A stretch of DNA of 64,000 nucleotides, from IMG/VR virus record IMGVR_UViG_3300021373_001378, positions 4,570-68,569 of that record. One strand, written 5' to 3'. Of this stretch, positions 9,467 through 14,967 are shown one piece after another. This DNA is from a virus. Within the stretch, counting starts at the first letter, position 1; the number at the start of each line of letters is the position of its first letter. Below the pieces are notes generated by a model. That model saw only the letters and a list, made by a program, of their open reading frames with translations, was not told the origin of the DNA and did no database searches. Both the position numbers and the translations under genes were made by a program.

Positions 9467-9609
9467 TAGTAGTTTAATTTACTAGGGTTAGCTAAAAAAT
9501 ATCTAATATCTAATTGTTTTTCTTCTAAGTCTTCAATTCTAACTAATAATTCTTTCAAAGTATAAGACTCACCATCTCTATGAGATTTTATTTTTATATT
9601 ATTATCCAT
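9466..9609 (-). CDS. Small hypothetical protein (47 aa)
   Basis: MDNNIKIKSHRDGESYTLKELLVRIEDLEEKQLDIRYFLANPSKLNY. Confidence 0.45.
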   Translation of the reverse strand: MDNNIKIKSHRDGESYTLKELLVRIEDLEEKQLDIRYFLANPSKLNY

Positions 9610-9631
9610 TTGTTGTCGTATTTATTTTGTA
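9600..9631 (-). promoter_or_regulatory. Class I (early) motif TACAAAA-N4-TACGA-N8-GGATAATA, copy 1
   Basis: One of 7 exactly spaced copies. Confidence 0.7.
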
Positions 9632-10078
9632 TTTTTCTTTCCAATCAGTGTAACCATACTGCTTGTCTTCATATTTATCAAGTAGTTTTTGTGCACCACC
9701 AACAAATTCACAAGTGTTAGTATACTGATTATAAGCACTTAGCCATACATCAGATTTACCTGTCCATATAATCCAAGTATATTCATGATCAATAGAATCA
9801 ACATTTGGATATAAATATTGACTATTATAATGAAAGTCATAAACTAGATGTGATGCTATTCTTGAACCATCACCAAAGTTTTTAAAACCTCTGTCATACT
9901 GCATATGTTGTATCCAGTTAGCAAGTTCAACACCTCTCCACTCAGGATAACCATCGTGGTGCATATACATGTGAACATAAGCTTTATCGCTTACCAGTTG
10001 AGGTTTTACAGCAAAGCCTTTATCAAAGTTTTCAGCGTGTCGTCTATCTACGACCATTGTTATATTTCTTGTACTCAT
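9602..10078 (-). CDS. Conserved phage hypothetical protein (MSTR...YxHxDGYP family)
   Basis: MSTR N-terminus, YMHHDGYPEWRG, DHEYTW. Confidence 0.75.
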   Translation of the reverse strand: MSTRNITMVVDRRHAENFDKGFAVKPQLVSDKAYVHMYMHHDGYPEWRGVELANWIQHMQYDRGFKNFGDGSRIASHLVYDFHYNSQYLYPNVDSIDHEYTWIIWTGKSDVWLSAYNQYTNTCEFVGGAQKLLDKYEDKQYGYTDWKEKYKINTTTNG

Positions 10079-10236
10079 ACTAATTCTTCAAATATGCTGA
10101 TTATTTCAGCGATTATTAATATAGCTACACCAAGAGGTATAGATGACATTAGGATACTAAATCCCATTATTCTCACAATAGACTTAAATAAACTAGCCTT
10201 AAAATGTGGAGTGAATTTACTTTTTAATTTACTCAT
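10075..10236 (-). CDS. Small membrane protein (53 aa)
   Basis: MSKLKSK... with hydrophobic C-terminal half; true start downstream of the tRNA. Confidence 0.6.
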   Translation of the reverse strand: MSKLKSKFTPHFKASLFKSIVRIMGFSILMSSIPLGVAILIIAEIISIFEELV

Positions 10237-10256
10237 GTTAAAATATTTAATGTTAG

Positions 10257-10329
10257 TTGCGGCGGATAGATTCGAACTACCGACCTTCGGGTTATGAGCC
10301 CGACGAGCTGACCACTGCTCCACGCCGCA
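10257..10329 (-). tRNA. tRNA-fMet (CAT), initiator type, no encoded CCA
   Basis: TGCGGCG/CGCCGCA acceptor, D arm GAGCAGTGGTCAGCTC, anticodon arm TCGGG-CTCATAA-CCCGA with 3 G-C pairs, T loop TTCGAAT. Confidence 0.95.
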
Positions 10330-10341
10330 AAATGTATAGCA

Positions 10342-10599
10342 TTAATCTAGTAATACCATATAAGCTTTAGAATTATTTGTTCTAAACCAGTCTAATGCTT
10401 TTTGATGTAAAACTATTTGTCTGTCTGGCATACTACCTAGCATTGCAGCTACATAATTAAGACCCATAATAAAGTCATACATACTTAATTCTAAGTTGTT
10501 TAGTTTGTAGGTCTCACCTGAAAAAGGGTTTGTTACCGTGTCACCTTTATCATATATTGTACCGTCAAACCATTTAGGTAATTTCATTTTGTTTTTCAT
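10342..10599 (-). CDS. Conserved phage hypothetical protein
   Basis: VTNPFSGE..L...ELSMYDFIMG...LDWFR..N.KAYMVLLD. Confidence 0.75.
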   Translation of the reverse strand: MKNKMKLPKWFDGTIYDKGDTVTNPFSGETYKLNNLELSMYDFIMGLNYVAAMLGSMPDRQIVLHQKALDWFRTNNSKAYMVLLD

Positions 10600-10831
10600 A
10601 GTCTAAATAATCTATTCTTTCGTAATCTTTTTCTATTAATGTTGCTATATAATCCCACACTTTACGTTGTTTTTTAGTGTGATCTAATACACCTTGAAGT
10701 TGTTCAAGAGTTAAAAATGGAGTTAAACCATCTTTAATCTCTTGTTTTAACCTGCTAATGTCAGTATCTAGTGTATAAATATTAGCAAAAGCTTTATCAT
10801 GAGCAAGATCTTTTATATCTCTATCTGTCAT
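10574..10831 (-). CDS. Hypothetical early protein
   Basis: ORF track; overlapping operon. Confidence 0.65.
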   Translation of the reverse strand: MTDRDIKDLAHDKAFANIYTLDTDISRLKQEIKDGLTPFLTLEQLQGVLDHTKKQRKVWDYIATLIEKDYERIDYLDYEKQNEIT

Positions 10832-11064
10832 GCTTTGTTAATTATATTGTTACCATACATAAAATCTACAGCTGTTAACTTGTAAGTAGGTATATCACAG
10901 TATACTGACATATCAGATACATCACTTATAGTTAAATCATGCCATGAAGTTTTTGACATAAGAGTATACTTAAGTCTTTTAGCGCTAGAATATTGTCTAG
11001 CATTTTTTTGCAGCGACGACTTAAAACCTGGTTTTAGTCTGTCATAAATTGTTTTAATTCTCAT
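10828..11064 (-). CDS. Hypothetical early protein
   Basis: ORF directly downstream of class I motif copy 2. Confidence 0.65.
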   Translation of the reverse strand: MRIKTIYDRLKPGFKSSLQKNARQYSSAKRLKYTLMSKTSWHDLTISDVSDMSVYCDIPTYKLTAVDFMYGNNIINKA

Positions 11065-11069
11065 ATTTA

Positions 11070-11101
11070 TATTATCCGTATTAAATCGTATTTAGTTTGT
11101 A
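11070..11101 (-). promoter_or_regulatory. Class I (early) motif copy 2
   Basis: TACAAAC-TAAA-TACGA-TTTAATAC-GGATAATA. Confidence 0.75.
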
Positions 11102-11307
11102 TTTAATCTTTCTTTTTCTCTGTCTATTATATTACCAATGTGATCTTGCATAGATATAATGTCCATTGCTAATAGTTGTAAAGATGCTAAACCATTAACT
11201 TCATATACACTCATGTACTCGTGTAAGTCGTTGTTTTGTAGAGCTTCAACACAGTCTGCTAAATCTCTTGCAGTATTTTCAAACCTGCAATAACTCATAT
11301 TTGCCAT
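11092..11307 (-). CDS. Conserved phage hypothetical protein (MANMSYCRFENT family)
   Basis: N-terminal NMSYCRFENTARDLADC. Confidence 0.75.
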   Translation of the reverse strand: MANMSYCRFENTARDLADCVEALQNNDLHEYMSVYEVNGLASLQLLAMDIISMQDHIGNIIDREKERLNTN

Positions 11308-11333
11308 ATTTAATTATTTAATGTTAGAGTGGC

Positions 11334-11400
11334 GACCAACCTGTGAGCAATGTCGTAAGCTTCTCACGGTGAATGCAACGTGTGACTAATTTCACCAGTC
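11334..11400 (-). ncRNA. Putative structured RNA unit D (two hairpins)
   Basis: GGTGAA/TTCACC and GTGAG/CTCAC stems closed by GACT/GGTC. Confidence 0.4.
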
Positions 11401-11405
11401 TGTAG

Positions 11406-11505
11406 TGGACGTGGCAGGAATCGAACCTGCGTTAAGCGTCACGAAAGACATCCAGTACTCTTTCAACTGTTCCAATCGTTCTTAGCTTCTTACCAATTCA
11501 CGCCC
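11406..11505 (-). ncRNA. Mini-tmRNA-like RNA (tRNA-like domain only, G3-U70, no anticodon, no tag ORF)
   Basis: GGGCGTG/CACGTCC-A acceptor with G3-U70; unpaired D-loop AATTGGTAAG; irregular long stem; AAC linker; T arm GCAGG-TTCGATT-CCTGC. Confidence 0.75.
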
Positions 11506-11509
11506 TTAT

Positions 11510-11587
11510 GAGAGGCACCAGTCGCGGACCGGTACTAACTAGTATTATGCTTTATCCGCGCTTTTGACCAGTATGCCGCCGCCTCTC
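11510..11587 (-). ncRNA. Putative structured RNA unit B (long bulged hairpin)
   Basis: GAGAGGC/GCCTCTC, ACTGGTC/GACTGGT, GCGGA/TCCGC nested stems; GC-rich in an AT-rich genome. Confidence 0.55.
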
Positions 11588-11588
11588 T

Positions 11589-11675
11589 GCCAGCTATTCA
11601 CTTACGTGTTTGTAATACACTTCCGTAATGCCTAAAAAGGACACACATACAAACCTATTAAGCTACTCGTCTGGC
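11589..11675 (-). ncRNA. Putative structured RNA unit A (multi-stem)
   Basis: GCCAG/CTGGC closing stem; internal CCT-TTTT-AGG and TTAC..GTGT/ACAC.GTAA hairpins. Confidence 0.4.
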
Positions 11676-11681
11676 TACTTT

Positions 11682-11870
11682 TTACTTTCTACGCCAAGAT
11701 TTATGAACTGCGTTACTTAGTTCTTGACTTACTATCTGTACTTCGAGTACTTGTTTGTTTGCAATGATAGGTATATAACTATATTGCTTTGTTTCACTGC
11801 AGTTTACACAGGTTGAATAACCTAGTGCTAGTCTGCCTGCTGGAATTTTATTATTACATTTGCATCTCAT
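11682..11870 (-). CDS. DksA/TraR-like C4 zinc-finger protein
   Basis: MRCKCNNKIPAGRLALGYSTCVNC matches the CxxC..IP..RL.....CxxC pattern. Confidence 0.6.
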   Translation of the reverse strand: MRCKCNNKIPAGRLALGYSTCVNCSETKQYSYIPIIANKQVLEVQIVSQELSNAVHKSWRRK

Positions 11871-11875
11871 GTTTA

Positions 11876-11907
11876 TATTATCCAATTTTATTCGTATTAA
11901 GTCTGTA
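11876..11907 (-). promoter_or_regulatory. Class I (early) motif copy 3
   Basis: TACAGAC-TTAA-TACGA-ATAAAATT-GGATAATA. Confidence 0.7.
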
Positions 11908-12006
11908 ATTATAACGTCTATAGTATTCTGTTTCGAACATTTCTATCTCACGTTTTGTTACTTTTAGTAGTTTAATGTGCTTATGTCTCCTTTTATTTTG
12001 TGTCAT
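11878..12006 (-). CDS. Small basic hypothetical protein (42 aa)
   Basis: MTQNKRRHKHIKLLKVTKREIEMFETEYYRRYNYRLNTNKIG; stop supplied by the motif. Confidence 0.5.
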   Translation of the reverse strand: MTQNKRRHKHIKLLKVTKREIEMFETEYYRRYNYRLNTNKIG

Positions 12007-12175
12007 TATATAGTTTTTCTATTGCTAATTTCATTACATAACTATGTAGTGCGTTATAATCGTCGCCTTCAACTGGTTGATCCGCTATTTGCCAATCAAT
12101 ACTGTCATACATTAACTCTTTAGTTATATCAGCGACACCTTGTGCTATTGCATCTATTTCTTTCATTTTGCTCAT
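11993..12175 (-). CDS. Hypothetical early protein
   Basis: ORF track; overlapping operon. Confidence 0.65.
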   Translation of the reverse strand: MSKMKEIDAIAQGVADITKELMYDSIDWQIADQPVEGDDYNALHSYVMKLAIEKLYNDTK

Positions 12176-12429
12176 AATCTAGCTTTTTTTAATTGTTTTA
12201 AATCAAATTTTTCATTATTATCTCGCCACATTGCGCTGTAAGTAAACTTTTTACCTTTAGAATAAGACGATTTACCGTATAATTTTACTTTTTTATACTC
12301 ACGATCAGTAAAAGGACGGCACTCACCGTATACTTTGTTTAGCTCGTAGTGTTGAAAACCACGTTGTTTACGCTTGTTTGCAACATATTGCTTAAGTTCT
12401 TGCATATTACTACACATATATTCTATCAT
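12172..12429 (-). CDS. Hypothetical early protein
   Basis: ORF track; overlapping operon. Confidence 0.65.
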   Translation of the reverse strand: MIEYMCSNMQELKQYVANKRKQRGFQHYELNKVYGECRPFTDREYKKVKLYGKSSYSKGKKFTYSAMWRDNNEKFDLKQLKKARL

Positions 12430-12556
12430 TTATGCGATAAAACTTAGTGTAATCTGTATACTCTGTGTTTTGATGTAGCCGAGTAAGAGCTTGGTAACCA
12501 TTGTCTGTTTCGATCAGAACATTACCTGTTTCTGTGTTAAATTTTATTTTTTTCAT
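12410..12556 (-). CDS. Small hypothetical protein (48 aa)
   Basis: MKKIKFNTETGNVLIETDNGYQALTRLHQNTEYTDYTKFYRINDRIYV, directly after class I motif copy 4. Confidence 0.55.
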   Translation of the reverse strand: MKKIKFNTETGNVLIETDNGYQALTRLHQNTEYTDYTKFYRINDRIYV

Positions 12557-12563
12557 ACAATTA

Positions 12564-12595
12564 TATTATCCTTTCTTGTTCGTATTTTGTTTGTA
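12564..12595 (-). promoter_or_regulatory. Class I (early) motif copy 4
   Basis: TACAAAC-AAAA-TACGA-ACAAGAAA-GGATAATA. Confidence 0.75.
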
Positions 12596-13006
12596 ATTTT
12601 TAATATAAAACTCTAACATAAATTTAAGTCTTGCCATACCAGACCATATTTTAGCTCTTGATATAGTAGTATATTTTTTAGTTACAGTTTTATCACCTTC
12701 TAAAAATACCCACCTTTTTTCACGTTTATAAGTAGGATTTAGTTGATAGTTAGACGAGCAAGAGTTTACATTTCTTACATAACCTGATTTATACACTGCT
12801 AATCTTAGTTTTATTTTAGAAGCAAATCTTTCACCTTTTAAGTGAAAATATCTTGATGGTACAGGAAATTCAAACTCTCTTGTGCCATTTTTTGCTTGTC
12901 TTTGTGTAGTTACTTCGCGAATATTATATTCTACTAGTAATGCTCTTGCAAATGAATCTTCTAACATTTGCTGTTCTTGTCTCCAAGTGTATTTATTTGT
13001 ACTCAT
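12566..13006 (-). CDS. Hypothetical early protein
   Basis: 146-aa ORF; TTQRQAKNGT and YKSGYVR motifs. Confidence 0.7.
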   Translation of the reverse strand: MSTNKYTWRQEQQMLEDSFARALLVEYNIREVTTQRQAKNGTREFEFPVPSRYFHLKGERFASKIKLRLAVYKSGYVRNVNSCSSNYQLNPTYKREKRWVFLEGDKTVTKKYTTISRAKIWSGMARLKFMLEFYIKNYKQNTNKKG

Positions 13007-13238
13007 TGTAATAAGGTTTAGTGTAATCTGTGTTAAAATTAATTGATTTTGCTACGTTTTGTCGCCATTGCCACTCGTTTTTACGATATTCATAGCTGTT
13101 ACACCACTTTTTGATAGCAGCGACTGTAGCATTTGTACCATATTTTGCTTCGTAATCAATACATTCTTGCAATTTAGCTTTGATTTGTGAAGCAGGATAG
13201 TCTTTAAACTGAGTAGCTTGAGTATTTGTCTTCTTCAT
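12993..13238 (-). CDS. Hypothetical early protein
   Basis: ORF track. Confidence 0.65.
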   Translation of the reverse strand: MKKTNTQATQFKDYPASQIKAKLQECIDYEAKYGTNATVAAIKKWCNSYEYRKNEWQWRQNVAKSINFNTDYTKPYYNEYK

Positions 13239-13383
13239 AATTATAATTCTTGTTATTAATTAGTTTAAATAGTTCTTTTTTAGATGATATATGATAGTTA
13301 GAGAAAAACTTATTGTTGTTTTTAATAACTAAGTCATATAGTTTATATTTTTTAGAGTAATAGATGTGATAAGATAAATTCAT
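13204..13383 (-). CDS. Hypothetical protein (59 aa)
   Basis: MNLSYHIYYSKKYKLYDLVIK...; follows class I motif copy 5. Confidence 0.4.
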   Translation of the reverse strand: MNLSYHIYYSKKYKLYDLVIKNNNKFFSNYHISSKKELFKLINNKNYNYEEDKYSSYSV

Positions 13384-13399
13384 ATAGTTAATTTTATTA

Positions 13400-13431
13400 T
13401 ATTATCCAACAGTGATCGTATTTAGTTTGTA
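13400..13431 (-). promoter_or_regulatory. Class I (early) motif copy 5
   Basis: TACAAAC-TAAA-TACGA-TCACTGTT-GGATAATA. Confidence 0.75.
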
Positions 13432-13553
13432 TAATGATAGTCAGTATATTCTTCAACAGTCACCCATTTTTCTATATCATGAGAGTAAATCATACCATCA
13501 ATTACATGTTCGTCACTAAATGACCATATTTTATTGTGTTTATGTTTTCTCAT
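13422..13553 (-). CDS. Small hypothetical protein (43 aa)
   Basis: MRKHKHNKIWSFSDEHVIDGMIYSHDIEKWVTVEEYTDYHYTN. Confidence 0.55.
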   Translation of the reverse strand: MRKHKHNKIWSFSDEHVIDGMIYSHDIEKWVTVEEYTDYHYTN

Positions 13554-13735
13554 AGTGAATTAGTTAGTTTACCATCTTCTGTAAAATGACCATATAGTTT
13601 ACCATTTACTCTATACTCACTTTCAACTTTGTGAGTTTCAATTATACCAAGAACATCTGCTCTTGTTAATTTGTTTTCCATTTGTAGACCAATAGCCCAC
13701 GTTAAATCATTGTTATATTTATCAGTGAAAATCAT
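13550..13735 (-). CDS. Hypothetical early protein
   Basis: ORF track; ATGA-coupled. Confidence 0.6.
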   Translation of the reverse strand: MIFTDKYNNDLTWAIGLQMENKLTRADVLGIIETHKVESEYRVNGKLYGHFTEDGKLTNSL

Positions 13736-13872
13736 ACGCCTACAAATATTAGTTGATAAAACATAAATAGTATTCCAGATACTGACATTGGTAGTAATAC
13801 ACCAAGACCATAAATCTCTGCTATTACTTGAAGTAAAGGTTTTGACTTTACATATTTTCTAATTTTTTTCAT
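13732..13872 (-). CDS. Small single-pass membrane protein (46 aa)
   Basis: MKKIRKYVKSKPLLQVIAEIYGLGVLLPMSVSGILFMFYQLIFVGV. Confidence 0.55.
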   Translation of the reverse strand: MKKIRKYVKSKPLLQVIAEIYGLGVLLPMSVSGILFMFYQLIFVGV

Positions 13873-13896
13873 ATTATTAAATTTTATTATTGTTAG

Positions 13897-13937
13897 TAGA
13901 CATGGTGAGAATCGAACTCACATTAACCATTATGTCT
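13897..13937 (-). ncRNA. 41-nt anticodon-less mini-tRNA (acceptor stem + D-loop-like linker + T arm)
   Basis: AGACATA-ATGGTTAAT-GTGAG-TTCGATT-CTCAC-CATGTCT-A followed by CTAACA, the same trailer as the tRNA-fMet. Confidence 0.7.
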
Positions 13938-13995
13938 TGTACTCATTCGCAATTTATACTGTTAGAAACAAGTGGAACTCGCAGTGAAGTTAAAG

Positions 13996-14223
13996 TTATA
14001 CTAACTCTTTACCTCTTAACACTACTGGAATATTATTAGTTGCAGTGTATGATTTGTACTTTATGAAACACGCCATTTTTTCTAAGTTTGATTTCATAAT
14101 GTTGTACGCTTTGTCGTGATTGTACACATGTTTAACACCTTTTTTGTTAGTGAATTCAATTGTTACATTTTTACCAATTAGTGACTGTCTGATGACAAAT
14201 CTTTTTGAAATTAAGTTACTCAT
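13996..14223 (-). CDS. Conserved first early gene, hypothetical
   Basis: KRFVIRQSLIGKN...YNHDK...KYKSYTATNNIP. Confidence 0.75.
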   Translation of the reverse strand: MSNLISKRFVIRQSLIGKNVTIEFTNKKGVKHVYNHDKAYNIMKSNLEKMACFIKYKSYTATNNIPVVLRGKELV

Positions 14224-14261
14224 AGTTATTATATTTATTTATTATTTATTAGTTACATTAG

Positions 14262-14293
14262 TATTATCCAATTCTGTTCGTATTAAGTTTGTA
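14262..14293 (-). promoter_or_regulatory. Class I (early) motif copy 6
   Basis: TACAAAC-TTAA-TACGA-ACAGAATT-GGATAATA. Confidence 0.75.
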
Positions 14294-14387
14294 AAAGTAT
14301 GTAGTTTGTTTACTCATTTATTTTTGTTAGTAAGTATACCACACTGTCTCTCAATGTTGAATTAAATTACTTAATTACTTACATTTA

Positions 14388-14419
14388 TATTATCCATATA
14401 GTGTCGTAGTGAGTTTGTA
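14388..14419 (-). promoter_or_regulatory. Class I (early) motif copy 7
   Basis: TACAAAC-TCAC-TACGA-CACTATAT-GGATAATA. Confidence 0.75.
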
Positions 14420-14441
14420 ATAAAACTTGAATATTAGTTTA

Positions 14442-14449
14442 CAAATGTA
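14442..14449 (-). promoter_or_regulatory. Possible host (Bacteroidota sigma-A) -7 element TACATTTG
   Basis: Matches TAnnTTTG at the head of the early arm; no clear -33 element. Confidence 0.35.
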
Positions 14450-14520
14450 TATAAAAATTAGTTGTTGTAACATGTGTGAACAGTAAAACCTAAAAAATTC
14501 ATGGCGAAACGTTATAAACA

Positions 14521-14595
14521 GGTGGGGCCCGGGTAAAACATTTGACTTCTGGTTACAGCACCGGTACGAGGGGAGTAGGGGCAACACCCTACCCC
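14521..14595. other. GC-rich island with GGGCCCGGG overlapping palindromes and GTAGGG/CCCTAC hairpin
   Basis: Visible sequence; sits in the divergence point between the arms. Confidence 0.5.
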
Positions 14596-14620
14596 TATAT
14601 TTGAAACAACTTTTAAAACA

Positions 14621-14666
14621 GTGACATTAGCTATTAAATGTATATATAGTAATACCCTATTGTCAC
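14621..14666. promoter_or_regulatory. Inverted-repeat site GTGACA-N34-TGTCAC (copy 2)
   Basis: Similar to 7204-7248 with AT-rich core. Confidence 0.65.
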
Positions 14667-14671
14667 ACTTT

Positions 14672-14698
14672 TAATTAGTTAGCGTTTCAAGTGATTAT
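14672..14698 (+). promoter_or_regulatory. Class II promoter TAA-N14-AAGTGATTAT
   Basis: Upstream of the first plus-strand gene. Confidence 0.6.
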
Positions 14699-14704
14699 TA
14701 CACT

Positions 14705-14938
14705 ATGGCAAGAAAACAACCGGGTAACTCCCAAGGATTATCACCTGCAGCACTAAGAGCGAAGCGCGCTAGAGACAAAGCAGCTGCAATGACTACTAAG
14801 CGTAAGAAAAGAAAAGCTGAAAATCAGCGCATCGGACAGAGATCTGACTCAGATTTGCACCACACTCCTGGTGGTTCCATCACAAGAACTACTACGGCTT
14901 ACAACAGAGCAACACACACAAGAGGGGAGGTAGGTTAG
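14705..14938 (+). CDS. Small basic protein with degenerate HNH-like motif
   Basis: K/R-rich N-terminus; DLHH...AYNRA. Confidence 0.6.
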   Translation: MARKQPGNSQGLSPAALRAKRARDKAAAMTTKRKKRKAENQRIGQRSDSDLHHTPGGSITRTTTAYNRATHTRGEVG

Positions 14939-14967
14939 TAATTTACACCCTATAACAATAAAAACAC

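Noticed and set aside
10237-10323. N-terminal extension MEQWSARRAH.. of ORF 10075-10323
   Set aside because: It is the tRNA-fMet sequence read as codons; real start is 10236
11334-11400. HDV-like (theta) ribozyme after the tRNA-like element
   Set aside because: Could not build P1/P2/P3 nested pseudoknot or catalytic J4/2 by eye
11589-11675. Hammerhead ribozyme in unit A (CAGACGAG)
   Set aside because: Core deviates from CUGAnGA and no properly placed GAAA or stem II was found
13960-13985. Additional T-arm-like hairpin GCGAG-TTCCA-CTTGT before CTAACA
   Set aside because: Loop is 5 nt rather than 7, stem has two G-U pairs and no acceptor stem is evident
9600-14419. 32-bp repeats as a CRISPR array
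   Set aside because: Copies are 126-1470 bp apart, separated by genes, degenerate internally, and no cas genes are present
14390-14587. 65-aa minus-strand ORF across the GC island
   Set aside because: Atypical composition, TTG start, overlaps regulatory elements; its stop is just the class I motif
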